DNA of 64,000 bases from a virus. Its lineage: Duplodnaviria > Caudoviricetes. The translations under genes and the position numbers were made by a program. This document shows positions 29,705 to 41,900 of this stretch, piece after piece. How positions within the stretch are numbered: position 1 is the first letter of the stretch; each line of letters opens with the position of its first letter. Under the pieces are notes generated by a model. That model did no database searches. It was not told the DNA's origin and saw only the letters and a list, made by a program, of their open reading frames with translations. The stretch is taken from the IMG/VR virus record IMGVR_UViG_3300021400_001327, positions 32,001-96,000 of that record. The stretch is one strand, 5' to 3'.

Positions 29705-30631
29705 ATGTATAAGCAGAATGATTACACCGAGAAGAAGTCCGCTGCTCAGGCCAAGCTCGACGCCTACATCGAGAAGGTCAACGCTGACAAGCCGCAGGCC
29801 AACGAAATCACCGGCGCGAAGGAAGCGCTCGACAAGGCCGTCGCCGATTACAACACGCTCGTCGTGTCCGACGCCTACGAGCGCCTGTTCCTGCTGACCG
29901 CCGACGACGCTGAGGTCGGCTCCCTGCCTGATCCAGCCGCACACCTGAAGGCCACTGACCCGCTGGGGCGTGCCTTCCGTGGCTATCGCTTCTCCGGCCT
30001 GATGAAGGCCAGCATAAAGCGCGACAAGCAGACCGACCGTGTAGACACAGGCAAGACGTCGCTGGTCTGTGTCGCCGACGATGACGCCGACGAGAAAAAG
30101 CAGGTCTACCACCTGCGCGACATCGCCGCGAAGTGGGACGAGCTCCAGACTGCCGCAGGCGTGACCCAGAAGGCCGAGCTCATGGCTTCGCCAATGTGGG
30201 GCTCGCTGGTCCAGAAGGTCCGGCGGCTGTTCATCGCTCGCTCGCTGTCGCTGGGCGGCTACGCCATCCCTTCCGGCGTGACCAATGACTATATCGTCTA
30301 CACCGCTGACGGGCAGGCCGTGGCTGTCGCTGACCTGACCGCTGAGCAAAAGAAGGCGCTCGACGACAAGGTCACCGTCAAGGCGCTCAAGGCCGAGCTT
30401 CAGGCGCTCGTTGACGCTGTCTACTTCGACGCGACTGGCCGCAAGAACGGCTCCAACAAGTACCGTGTCAACGAGAAGGACGTGCACTGGCTCGTGGACA
30501 ACGCTCATCGGTTTGATGAGCGCTCCCACAAGACCGTCCTGATGAGTGACGCGAAGGCGTACGAGTTGGCCTTCTGCATGGTCGCCCACATCGTGACCGG
30601 CGAGTCCTACAGCGCTCTTCTGGGGGAGTAA
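29705..30631 (+). CDS. Hypothetical protein, probably highly expressed
   Basis: GAGG RBS; very biased codon usage. Confidence 0.8.
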   Translation: MYKQNDYTEKKSAAQAKLDAYIEKVNADKPQANEITGAKEALDKAVADYNTLVVSDAYERLFLLTADDAEVGSLPDPAAHLKATDPLGRAFRGYRFSGLMKASIKRDKQTDRVDTGKTSLVCVADDDADEKKQVYHLRDIAAKWDELQTAAGVTQKAELMASPMWGSLVQKVRRLFIARSLSLGGYAIPSGVTNDYIVYTADGQAVAVADLTAEQKKALDDKVTVKALKAELQALVDAVYFDATGRKNGSNKYRVNEKDVHWLVDNAHRFDERSHKTVLMSDAKAYELAFCMVAHIVTGESYSALLGE

Positions 30632-30702
30632 TTCCCCCCTTTGCCCCGCATGGCTCAAGCCTCCACGCGGCGCGGGGTGGGTAACGCCGATTGAGTCAGA
30701 CC

Positions 30703-30731
30703 TTGTCAACTGAGCGAGAACGTGATATATT
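30703..30731 (+). promoter_or_regulatory. SigmaA-type promoter
   Basis: TTGTCA-17-TATATT with extended TG. Confidence 0.6.
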
Positions 30732-30740
30732 TATACAGGG

Positions 30741-30971
30741 GTGGTGATATTGGCAAAAGAAAAAGATCGGCACAAGAATCCGAACTATAAGAACGAGTAT
30801 GCCCGCGCAAACTATGAACGTGTTACGTTTATGTACAAACATGACCAACGTTATAAAGAGCGCATCAAAGCGCAGGCTGAATACGATGGTATGTCCATCA
30901 ACGCCTGGATTCTTCGCGCAATTGATACACAGCTTCGCCGCGAGTCCGGCGAGCTTACAGGAGAGGAGTGA
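30741..30971 (+). CDS. Ribbon-helix-helix (Arc/HicB-like) DNA-binding protein
   Basis: NYERV..KERIKAQAE..GMSINAWILRAI. Confidence 0.7.
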   Translation: MVILAKEKDRHKNPNYKNEYARANYERVTFMYKHDQRYKERIKAQAEYDGMSINAWILRAIDTQLRRESGELTGEE

Positions 30972-30977
30972 TACACC

Positions 30978-31670
30978 CTGAAGTTTCTTGATGACCTTGA
31001 CCCGCGACTGATAACCGACGAGCAACGACAACAACTCCGTGAACTCTATGAACGCGACCCGTACGCGTTCTACAACCTGTGGCGCGATCCCGCCCAAGCT
31101 CAAATCTGGGCAGAAGGCGAGAACTTCAAGACAGAGCCCGCCAACGACCTGTATCAGAAAATCGGCGCTTTGAGGCTCGCCGGTGCGCCCGAGCATGTTA
31201 TTGACTTCTGGAAAGACACACTTACGCACAAGGGCAGAGACGAAAGGAGTGATTTACTGCCACCAGCAACAAAACCTGTTCCAGAGAAGCTTAAGCAAAT
31301 CGACGAGCTTTGCGCGTATCTCGACGGTTTATTGAACTGGGTCGAAGACAATCGGCTCGAACTCGATGACAATGCCGACGAGCTTCCAGACGTTCTGCCA
31401 ATTGCTGGCAAGTGGGAGCGTTTGATGCGGCGAGCGACGACGGGCAAAGACGTGATTGAACATCACAACGGCGCCGTGCGTCACTACAAAGCGACTGATG
31501 ACGTTGTAGAGGCCAACATGGGCGTCGAGGTCGTAGAAGTGATATTAAGAGAGGGCGCAGACATCGAGCTCGATATCGAAGACTGGGACAACAACTACAT
31601 CAAGCCCGGAAGCTGCCGCATAGACAGCAACGGCAACATCCTGTTATACTTCTATCACTGTTACGAATGA
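30978..31670 (+). CDS. Hypothetical protein, probable CTG start
   Basis: Frame is open 64 codons upstream of the listed TTG; GAGGAG lies 9 nt before CTG. Confidence 0.6.
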   Translation: MKFLDDLDPRLITDEQRQQLRELYERDPYAFYNLWRDPAQAQIWAEGENFKTEPANDLYQKIGALRLAGAPEHVIDFWKDTLTHKGRDERSDLLPPATKPVPEKLKQIDELCAYLDGLLNWVEDNRLELDDNADELPDVLPIAGKWERLMRRATTGKDVIEHHNGAVRHYKATDDVVEANMGVEVVEVILREGADIELDIEDWDNNYIKPGSCRIDSNGNILLYFYHCYE

Positions 31671-31730
31671 AGCTGATATCACAAGCCTGTAAGTAAAACC
31701 GCATAACGACGCAATGAACCGACCACCAGC

Positions 31731-31753
31731 AACCGCCTACGGGCGGTTTTTTT
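31731..31753 (+). terminator. Intrinsic terminator
   Basis: AACCGCC-TACG-GGCGGTT followed by a T-run. Confidence 0.8.
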
Positions 31754-32200
31754 ATGCCCAAAAATCCTGCACGAGGGATTGATGAGCGAGCGTTTTTTTG
31801 CGACCACTGGTTAGTCGGAACCAGAAATGAAAACGGAATCAGAAAGGAGACCAAAAATGCAGACATTCATTATCAGCAAGAAGCAGTTCAAGCGCCTCAT
31901 GAAAATTATCAGCAAGGGACGCACCATCCAGCGCAAAGCTGAACGGAAAAACAAGAGGCTCGAACGCCTTTTGGCCGAGGTGTTCGGATGATGATTCCAA
32001 CATGGGTTTTCCTTGCCGTTCCTATGGTCATCGCGTACGGAATCGGAACCATAATTGATTCCGTAAAAGACCGCCGCGAGCGCCGGATGCTCCACTACAT
32101 CTTCGACGGTGACAGGCTTCAGGCGGAGCGCTGCAACAAAATCATTATGCGCCGCGAGCGCAAGTTTTATTGACAACCGGAACCAGAAAGGAGAAGCAAT

Positions 32201-32746
32201 ATGTTCGACGTCAAACACGGGCATCACCTGATTTGGACGAACCACGCACTCAACCTCGACGACTGGGCCCCCTTTCTTGAAGAGGAATATCCAGACGTAA
32301 CGGACGAGAGTGACAAGTGGAATATTATCTGCGAGCGGAATCTGGAATATCTGGACGATGAGCGCATGAACCTGAACATTAATCTCGGAATGCCGATCAT
32401 CTGCATAGCGGATCTGGAACTCTGGGACGGACGGAAAGATGGTTATAAAATCATCGGATCGGGAAATATTTCTGATTGTCTGTATGACAGTTGCGACTAC
32501 GACACATGGTACGTGGACGAGGTCGGAGATCTCTGCTGCGACGCCATACACCACGACGGAACCAACCACTATTTGTATAGGGTTTTCCGCGACGGAACCA
32601 CACCTGAACAGATGAGCAAACTGGAACAGAAAATCTACAACGGAATCGCAAAATGGCCTGATATCGCCAGAGTTACGACCAAGATCGGACCCACAATCGC
32701 GAAAGTATATGGGTGGGGATGGAACCGGAACCGGAAACAAAACTGA
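32201..32746 (+). CDS. Hypothetical protein
   Basis: GAAAGGAGA RBS; L.LWDGR and HHDGTN patterns seen in phage/ICE proteins. Confidence 0.75.
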   Translation: MFDVKHGHHLIWTNHALNLDDWAPFLEEEYPDVTDESDKWNIICERNLEYLDDERMNLNINLGMPIICIADLELWDGRKDGYKIIGSGNISDCLYDSCDYDTWYVDEVGDLCCDAIHHDGTNHYLYRVFRDGTTPEQMSKLEQKIYNGIAKWPDIARVTTKIGPTIAKVYGWGWNRNRKQN

Positions 32747-32768
32747 ATCTTGATTTTGTTAAACAATT

Positions 32769-32796
32769 AGCGGGGATGAAAACCACCCCGCTTTTT
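32769..32796 (+). terminator. Intrinsic terminator
   Basis: AGCGGGG/CCCCGCT stem followed by a T-run. Confidence 0.65.
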
Positions 32797-32813
32797 GTTT
32801 GGAAGGAGCAATC

Positions 32814-33551
32814 ATGTCATTCAAAATCGGAAAAATCTTCGACGCGCTCGGACACATCTTCAGAATCAACCAGACGGAACACAAAGGAAAAATGGAGTTC
32901 GTTCCGTCTATCAGTACTTCCTGCCGGTGCAACGAATTCTGTCAGGCACGCATGCGGAACGGCGAGAACGTCTGCGCGGAGTGCTTCGCGGACTCCCTTC
33001 TGGCGTTTCGCTGGTCGCTGGAAGAGGCGCTGGAACAGAATTCCAAACTGCTTTCCGAGCGGCTTCTGACGGAACAGGAAATCGATTCGATTGTCATCCG
33101 TTGGACGCCAAAAATGCTGGAAGGAAATCCGGGTATGTATACCCGCATCGAGAGCTTCGGCGATGTGCGGAACGTAATCCAGGCACGGAATTACATCCGC
33201 ATCATCAAACGGAACCAGAAATGCAACTTTGCCATCTGGAGCAAAAACTGGCGGCTGTGGTTCATCGCCTTCCAGATGGAAGGGAAGCCGGACAATTGCA
33301 CGTTCGTGTTGAGCTCGCTCAAATTGAACGTACAGGACCTGATTCCGCCCGAGATGGAACAGTATGTAGACCACGTTTTTACGGTCTACGATGCTGACTA
33401 CATCGCCGCCAACGGAATCGAAACCAACTGCGCGGCTGAGTCCTGCGCAAAGTGCGGACGTTGCTACAGGAAGAACAGGGCGGACCTGTATGTAAACGAG
33501 AAGCTCAGGAAGAAGGGCGGGAAAGCCCGCCGGATAGCCAAAGCCGCATAA
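32814..33551 (+). CDS. Gp88-like Cys-cluster (radical-SAM-like) protein
   Basis: C..C..CAECFA, RIESFGD, FAIWSKN, C...C..C..C. Confidence 0.6.
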   Translation: MSFKIGKIFDALGHIFRINQTEHKGKMEFVPSISTSCRCNEFCQARMRNGENVCAECFADSLLAFRWSLEEALEQNSKLLSERLLTEQEIDSIVIRWTPKMLEGNPGMYTRIESFGDVRNVIQARNYIRIIKRNQKCNFAIWSKNWRLWFIAFQMEGKPDNCTFVLSSLKLNVQDLIPPEMEQYVDHVFTVYDADYIAANGIETNCAAESCAKCGRCYRKNRADLYVNEKLRKKGGKARRIAKAA

Positions 33552-33710
33552 CGGCATCGGAGCCGAAATGAAATCCAATTCGGATTCCCCGACCGTGGTT
33601 CCCTGACTGAAAACCCACCCCATACGGTCAGCGGAGCCCGAAATGAATCTCGTTTTGGATTTCAGCGGCGGCTCTTGTGGACGAAAACCCACCCCGAAAG
33701 GAGACACACT

Positions 33711-35037
33711 ATGGAGAAACCCGTTGAATACATCGTCAGGGTTTACGACGGACCCGATACCTACGAGTATGAATACTCGAATCCAGAACACGCCAACGAA
33801 GCGCGGGACTGGGAGCGCGAACACGGCAACAGCGCCAGCCTCTTTGCCTACTACTGGGACGGCGTCAACCGTCGCGAAGAGTTTATCCGCTAATGGCGGA
33901 ACCAGAAAGGAGATTGAATCATGAGCAAGCAGTATTTCCCAATCACATCGGACCGGGATCAGACCATAAACTTCATGCGCGTTGACTTCGTCTACAACAA
34001 GGGCGGAATGAACGTCTGGACGTACAAGCGGGAGCCCCGTGGTTACTACCTGATGTTCACGCCGGTCCAGCGTGACGGAATCATGGAGGGCTTCACGGCC
34101 TTCACCGGCAAGAAGTACATCATCACTGAGGTCTCCAGGGCTTCCGCGAAAGCGGAACGGGAAGCAAAAGCTGAAGCTGACCAGTTCATCGAAGACATGC
34201 TGGAGCACGTTTGTGAACAGCTTGGCTGTCATCTGGTCAGAGAGGAGCAGGAATGAAAATCAGGTTTTATCAGGTGACGATGAATCGTCACTATGACTAT
34301 CCGGCTGCTGTGCCTGTGACGGAATCGGAAACCATTGTTAATCGCATCGGTCTATCACCCACCGTCAAGAATGTGAAGCGCTTCATCGAGCGTCACACAG
34401 ACCTTATGATCGACACCCGCTGGATGAGCGTCGCGGAGCAAATCCACGACGGTATGTCATGCGGGTACTTTTCAATCAACCTTGTGACCGGAACAGAATT
34501 TGAAACCTGTTCCATCGGATTTATGGAGGTGTAATCATGAAACGCTCGTTTGAATGGCATGGAAATAAATACTTCCTGCTCGGAACCGGATCGGACGGAG
34601 ATTATTATTGGCTCCAGGAGGCTTCGTTTGATTGTGGCTGGTACTGGAGTATCGGCTACATAGAAACATTCACGAATAATAAAGCTCCGTGGAGGAGCGC
34701 AGATATAGCCAGTCACAGCCATTTTAAGTACATGATGGAACGCCAAAAAAACGACTTTGGCGGACCAATGAATTGGTATGACGCGTTCCGTGCCGTTTTT
34801 CATGAGACGCCGCTGACGGATTCAGAAGTATGGACCGTGATAGAAATCATGAGGAGCCTGTACACGGCGCGTGATTACTCGGATATGCTTTACCATGGCG
34901 GATCGTATTACACCAGAAACCCTGTCGCAGAAACCATAAAGAACGCAGCGGAATACGGGCGGATCAACAAAGTGGTCATCCCTGCCTTGCTCGAAAACCT
35001 GTACAAAATCTTGGACGGAACAGGAAAGGAGAACTAA
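33711..35037 (+). other. Four small hypothetical genes (33711-33893, 33921-34256, 34253-34534, 34537-35037)
   Basis: Each has a strong RBS; tightly packed. Confidence 0.7.
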
Positions 35038-35039
35038 CC

Positions 35040-35420
35040 ATGACCGAAGTCTATCGCCAGACCGGCGCCTATGCCCGCGAACACAATGAGCTCGACCAGT
35101 ACCGCGAATCGTATCGGCTCAACCAGGAATGCAAGCGCGACATCGAGAAGGGCATCGCCGCCGCCTTCGACGGAATGCGCCTCGCTAACGGACCGGAGCA
35201 GGAAGTGCTCACTAAGTACGGCGCGGACCGTGTGTCCTACGTCCTCGCCAACACGCTTCAGGAACTGCGCTACGATGGCCGCTTCAGCCGGAGCAATAAA
35301 GAGTGGGCGAACGGAATCACAATTACACCCAGCGAAAACAACTGCTATCTGATCGTGAACACCCATCCCGCCGTGCTGGATGGATTCGTAAATAAGGTCC
35401 GAAAGATTATCGGACAGTGA
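35040..35420 (+). CDS. DUF3849-like protein
   Basis: YARE..EL..YR.S, YG..RV..VLANT, DGRFS..NK.WA, HP..LDGF. Confidence 0.75.
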   Translation: MTEVYRQTGAYAREHNELDQYRESYRLNQECKRDIEKGIAAAFDGMRLANGPEQEVLTKYGADRVSYVLANTLQELRYDGRFSRSNKEWANGITITPSENNCYLIVNTHPAVLDGFVNKVRKIIGQ

Positions 35421-36120
35421 AAGGAGAACGGAATGGATAATCAATCGCATTTCAAATGGGAACTGACCCGCGATGAACTGGACACCATCTGGTGGGCGCT
35501 GACCGAGCGCGAAACATCCATGCGGAAGAAAGCCGAGCGTGTACACAACGGCGAGAAACTGGGTTGCACGGAAGCAGAATATCACAGCATGGCCAACAAA
35601 TGTTTAGACTTGTACGGCCAAATCAATCGTATGCGGAACCGCTACTGGTAAGAAAGGAGACAAAAACCATGACTATTAAGCGCGACATCCTCGGAACCGT
35701 AATCGAAATCAAATTATCTGAGCAGGAAGTGCTCGCCGCCCACCGTGCCTATCTGGAACAGGAGCTCGGTAAGATGAGCGCTCCTCTCCCCCAGCCCACA
35801 AAGTGTGAGATGACTCAGAAGCCACAGCCGGACTGCAATCCAAAGCTTGTTGTCGCTGTGGCCGTAGGGCAGGAACCTGAGTATATACAGAAACTGTGGG
35901 AGTGCAGGGCAAAACTCGAAGAGGCACCGTACACATCAAAACGTTGTTTGGTGCTGGATGCTTACGTTCCGTATATGGCAGCAGCGCATAAAGCAGGGCT
36001 GTCTGGAAATAAGATTGCGCAAATACTCGGCACTTGCCCGTTAACAGTTCTGAAACGTCTTGATTCTATTCGTCGAGGGAATACTTTCGCCGCCTGACGG
36101 ACTCAGAAAGGAGAGAGCGT

Positions 36121-36486
36121 ATGGGTTACTACACAAGTTATAACATGGACGTAAACAACGTTAAGAGTAAAGCGGAACACGATGCGCTTTATGATGCGCT
36201 TAGAAAGAAGAACATTATTGGATATGCCTTCTATGGCGGAGACTGGGATAAGCATAACTCATCCTCGTTCTGGTGCAGCGAATGCGTTAAGTGGTACGAC
36301 CACGATGAAGACATGCTTGAGATCAGCAAACAGTTCCCGGAAATGACGTTCAAACTGATCGGAACAGGCGATGATGACGATGATCGCTGGTACACGCTGT
36401 ATCGTAATGGCGAATTTGAAACGGTAAAGGCCGTACTGACCTGGCCGGAACCAAAGCGGATTAAGTGGAAGGAGTTATGGAAATGA
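36121..36486 (+). CDS. Hypothetical protein (paralogue of 38280-38651)
   Basis: Shared YT.Y.M.V, IGY.F and S..FP..TFKL...G...D.W. Confidence 0.7.
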   Translation: MGYYTSYNMDVNNVKSKAEHDALYDALRKKNIIGYAFYGGDWDKHNSSSFWCSECVKWYDHDEDMLEISKQFPEMTFKLIGTGDDDDDRWYTLYRNGEFETVKAVLTWPEPKRIKWKELWK

Positions 36487-37053
36487 AAATCGTTTATCAG
36501 GTGACCGTAACGGACGAAGATGTCAGACAGAACGTAATGGACGTTATTGATGAAATGGAAGGTGAAATCGAGTTTCACAACGACGATGAGAAGTCCAACT
36601 TTATCACAGACTGCACTGAGAACATCTGCGATAAATACGAAAGCGAATATTGGAACCACGAATTGTCGTACATGGACTATGAAGAAGAAGTCCTGGATTT
36701 GGCAAGGGAATATGGAATCAGGAAGGACTGACGATGAGAGCGAAGGATTACCTGAAGCTCAATCGGACGGCAGCGGTCGAGCTCCGGGCGCTTGATGAGT
36801 ATTTACTGAGGCTGTGCGGAACAGCATTTGACTGGAGATTCGTCAACATGTACGACATCCCTCTTCTGGCCGGAACGATAAACGGACACGAGTTCCTCGT
36901 GAACCTCAGCCTGCCGATGAAGAAGGTGAAATACTGGATCGATGGAGCCGTAAAGGAGAGTGATGACTATCACGGCTTCAGCGAAGAAGAGCTCGCAATC
37001 GAAATCTCGAACTGGTCCGGCAGGAATTTCTTGTATGAAATCGAATCTCTTAT

Positions 37054-37742
37054 TTGACATCGGAGCCCAAAACGAATTAGGATTATGAAGGGAGTGGAGT
37101 AAATGAGAGCGTCGGACTGGGGAATACTAATCTTACTCGTTATCCTCTTTGGCCAATACTACTACAGGATGAACAAAGCACAGAAGGATCTGTTTAAGGA
37201 ACAGGCGATAAAGTATCAATTGCTCCCGAAGTACGGTGTGTTTGATCAGCACACAATAAAGAATTATCTGAGCAAATTTGCAGAGCCAGGAGTCAATGTG
37301 TACTTCGGCAGCCTGCAAAATGTCGCGCAGAGTGTTCCGATGATGCGGCTCGGATCGATTGACACTGCGATGAGAAAGTACTATAGCTGGTACGGGTTCC
37401 TGTATATCGCAATGTACATCATGTATTATCAGGATTCTATGCCGCAAATCGCCAGACGGATGGCGCACGAGCTTGAGAAGTACTGGCCGGAAGGAATGAC
37501 ATGGCGAAAAGCCACGAAGTACTTAACGGAATTAAATCAACAAGAGATTTATGAACTCGGAAACAAAGCTACCTACTATGCAAAACTATACATGACGCTT
37601 CCGCCGGAAATCCAAGCGAAACTCGATGACAAAAAACAGCGAAAGAAGTTCCTGAAAGAAGAAGGAATAATCTAACGGAACCACAATTGAATATGGATCG
37701 TTACGAAGTATGAGGACTGTCTGGAACGGCAGTCCTCTTTAA
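37054..37742 (+). other. Moron-like unit: promoter, membrane-anchored ORF 37103-37675, terminator
   Basis: TTGACA-18-TAGGAT; N-terminal TM helix; GAGGACTG/CAGTCCTC stem plus TTT. Confidence 0.6.
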
Positions 37743-38279
37743 TTACGAAAGGAGACAGACGGAATGGTAACAAACACATTCGGGCTGAAGATGGACGGCC
37801 TCGCTCAGGCCGCAGCCGCCACCGAAGATTATGGTTGGCGCGGACTCAGATACAACGAACTCTTCTACAATATGCGGACCGGTAAGGTGTGGCTGGTCAA
37901 GCAGACCAGTCTGAACCAGGCCGCCTGTACTAAATATGATAACCCCAGCATCGTGAAGATTGGCAACCTGACGGACCAGTATACAGAACAGAAACTGGCG
38001 GTAAGGATTTACCGTGGGCTCATCAAACAGGGGAGGATCAGAAAATCATGAAAAAGATGTCTGAGGTCTATGCGGAACTGGTCGCCGCGATGCCGTCGGA
38101 AGAAATCGACCATCATGAGTCGGACCTGTATGTGAAAGCCACGCCGGTCAGTAGTCGGATCATCAAAGAGGCTGATATCCCCCACGGAATGGTGGAACGG
38201 TTTGTAGACCAAATTACAGGAACCGTCTGGTACGACCTTGCGTTTGCTTACATGCCCTTCTGGGCGGAAAGGATTTAAT

Positions 38280-38651
38280 ATGGCAGATTACACTCGTTAC
38301 TCTATGGAAGTCGACGGAATCAAAACCGATGAAGAACTGAAGGCGTTTGAGGACAAGCTCAAAGAGCTCGACCTTATCGGATACGTCTTCGATGAAGGTC
38401 CTTGGAAAGCAAAGAATGGTATTTACCAGTGGGGACATTACGATGAGCAGAACTGGACGACATGTGAGGAAACGATGATGCTTCTCAGCAGGACATTTCC
38501 GACCTTCACCTTTAAGCTCATGTGCTACGGTGAGGGGATTGACGACAACTGGGTGCTGTATATGAAGAACAACGTTTGGCAGTGGGTTAAAGCGGAATGC
38601 GTTGCCCCTGCTCCCGACTGGGCGGAATGGCGCGGCGACTGGAAAATGTGA
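38280..38651 (+). CDS. Hypothetical protein (paralogue of 36121-36486)
   Basis: Same shared motifs as its paralogue. Confidence 0.7.
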   Translation: MADYTRYSMEVDGIKTDEELKAFEDKLKELDLIGYVFDEGPWKAKNGIYQWGHYDEQNWTTCEETMMLLSRTFPTFTFKLMCYGEGIDDNWVLYMKNNVWQWVKAECVAPAPDWAEWRGDWKM

Positions 38652-38664
38652 AGGGAGAACCGGA

Positions 38665-38994
38665 ATGACATTTGAAGTGAAAACCCGCTGGGCTGTAACG
38701 CCTGACTGTTACCTGAGTGTTGGCCAATATGAACGCGGCAAGCACATCGCCATCAGCATCTGGTCTGAATCGGAAGGACCGTTCGCTGACCTGACCGTGA
38801 ACCTCGACAAGGTCAAGCGGTTCCCGAGGAACTACGCTTTCGTGGACGTGAACAATTTTCCAGAGGCTGAAGCCATGATCAAACAATTGGGCATTGGAAC
38901 ACGAATTGAAAACGAATTCGGTTTCAGCGGATACTGCGCTTACCCGCTGTATCAGTTCGATGAAGAAGCAATTAAGAAATGGATGGAGGGATGA
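38665..38994 (+). CDS. DUF4313-like protein
   Basis: PFADLTVNL, AFVD.NN, SGYC.YPLY.FD. Confidence 0.75.
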   Translation: MTFEVKTRWAVTPDCYLSVGQYERGKHIAISIWSESEGPFADLTVNLDKVKRFPRNYAFVDVNNFPEAEAMIKQLGIGTRIENEFGFSGYCAYPLYQFDEEAIKKWMEG

Positions 38995-41900
38995 AAATGA
39001 CTATCGGAGATTTGGCGGACGTATATCAGGGACACATGGTGGTTATGGGAGCGGACAAGATAACGCTCGCAGACACGATCCGTGACCACGGGGATTTGCC
39101 GTTCGACCTTATCAATGTGCGGATTGAAGGACTCTTGCCGCTGAAATATCCAAGCGGAGAGTTTTATATTGAAATCACTGTCGACCTGTAACGAAAGGAG
39201 ATAAGAAGTATGGAACTGGAAGTCAAAACAAAGCTCGGAACCCTGATGGCCTCTGCGGACGGAGACGTCAGTTATCCGGGAATCATGATATATCTTGTGC
39301 GTGACGACGGAATGAGAATACTGTATGCCTGGGTCGAAGTCGACGAGACAGAAGCGGAACCAGTGCTGAAGGTGCATGCGTTCAACAGCTACGACGACGA
39401 GCCAGAGTTTGATTTGGACCAGACAGCGGACGACATCAATAATTATGGAGAGGAGACGGAATAATGAAGAGGTATCGGATTGAGTTTAACGGCGTGATTG
39501 AGATTGAAGCCGAGGACGAGGACGAAGCGTGGTCGACCTTTGGATGTATGTCCGACGAAGAAGTACGCGGGAACATCAGCTACATCGATGTAGAAGAGGT
39601 TGAGTAAGGAAGGAGCGATAATCGTGAAAAAGATTCAGTTTGGACTGACGGAAGAGCAGATGCTGATCACGAAGGGATGGACGGTTGTGCCGTCTGACAG
39701 CAACGACCCCACGCAGCCCGTGCTGTTCATCCCGCCGCTTGAGTCGGACGAGCGTCCGTTCATTAAAATGTCCGATGGAACCAGAATCAACGTCACAGCC
39801 AATATGTGCGACGCCATCTACCGCTACGTGGATCGGGAGTCTGCCGCCGATGATTTGAATTACTTCACGAACGATAAGTATGAGGGCGGCGAGTTCATTG
39901 AGCATAAGGACGAGATTGAGGAATGCAAGGAAGATATCATCGACAACTACATTGAGCGCCGGAACGGAGCGGAATCGTGGTGGGATGATATGCGCGACAG
40001 CATCAAGTATTCACTGGGATTGTATTAAGGAAGGAGCGATAAACATGAAACCGTTTAAGGAACTCAGCCGTAGAGAGCGCATGAACGAACTGCTGGTGCA
40101 TGTAAACCAGATCATGCATCGTATCTATCCAGACCGTGAACTCTGGGTGGACTACGTTAAGCCGGACGAGGAAAGCATCAAGACCTTCAGCGACTGGACT
40201 CAGAAGAGACTTGGAATTCTGACTGGAGATGAATACCTAATCGTCAGCGAAGGGCCCCGCATGGAGAGTGTCCTGTACGCCGTGAATATTTCGGCGGACT
40301 CAGAACTCACGGCGATGGACGAACTGTTTCATCTGCTGAGTTATAAGTTTTAAGGAGCGTTGTGATGGATGGTAACGGATACGCCATCTTTTCATATGAA
40401 AGATGGCGTGATGGTATGCAGGATAGGCCGGAGCCCGAAACAATGAGTCTTGAAGACCTGGTCTCCGAACTGATTAAATGGTTGCCGAAGGATGAGCACC
40501 GCATATGGAGCTATGACGGAGACGAAATTCTGTGTGAGACTGAACAGCTTGCTGAAGACATCGCCGACTTCATAGATGCGCTCTATGGCACACCTGTAGC
40601 AAACACAGGATACTACGCCCCAGAAGAGGATGCGCGGAACGGCGAAACAGACCAGCAGACCGGCTGGTATTATGTGACGATAGATTAAGGCGGAAGGAGA
40701 AAATGATATGACGTTATTTGGTGGATATGAGTGCAAGACGACTTTCTGGAACGACTTCGAGATTGCAGAACGATTCGGAAAAGATGCTCTGATGGACACC
40801 TTCAACAGGGCGTTCGGTGAGTGGAAGAACAACTACATCTACCTGACAGAATTGGTCATGGTGATGAACCACAAGCTGTGGTACTGGTACGAGAAAAAGC
40901 ACGATCACCCATATGTGGAACTGTACAACGTTTTCTACGATAAGAGCTCATGCTATGCGGAAGAGAATCTGAAAGGCAATGAGCTCAGCTACTACTACAG
41001 GACGACAGACTGAAAGGAGAATCGTTATGAAGTATCGCGAATACAAGAAAGAATACATCGGCGAATCCGACAGCGCTGTACTGGTGGTGCTGTCTCAGAC
41101 ATATGACGGGGCGCTCGAAGCGGCGCCGCTGAAGTTTGGTCAGGACCACGCATACAGCGCATATATCGTGGACCAGCACTGCGACCCGCCCCAGCTTGAG
41201 GGATGGAACCTTGAGATCATCAGGATTGGCGCTGGTTGGTTCAGAATCTACGACGACCACGAGGGAATCGTGATGCAGAAGGATTTTGATAACGTGCTCC
41301 GCATTTACCGGCGCGGCGAGATGGGCTGCATCATCCAGGCGTATTGAGAGGAGTTAAACATGAAGTATATCGACTATATGGAACAGCATCCGAAAGAGAA
41401 CATGAGTTGGTGCAGGCCGTTCCTGTCAGATGACGGACACGCGCTTGCTCTCAACGAGGGCGACCCAACCTGCCGCTTCCCAGACGGGGCAATAGGCGGG
41501 CAGGAACTGATGAAGCGGTTTGCAATGGAGGTCAATCCATCATATGATTTATACAGCGGATGGGATGACATTCATATAGCGCTCGAGTGCATGCACGAAG
41601 TCGGCTGCGTGGACTGTCCGTTTGCCGACATGTGCGAAGTGATGAACGATGAACTGGAGGGATGAGGAATGAATAAGGAGCGCAGGAAGCAGTTACAGGA
41701 AGTGATCAACAAGATTTCCGAAGCGCACGACCTGCTCGACGAGATATTGAGTGACGAGCAGAACGCCTTCGACAATATGCCGGAGGGGCTCCAGTCTTCG
41801 GAACGCGGTGAGACTATGGAAGAAGGCATCTACAACATGGAAGAGGCGCGTGATAACCTCGAAGACATTACCAGCACACTCGAAGAAGTAATGGGATAGG

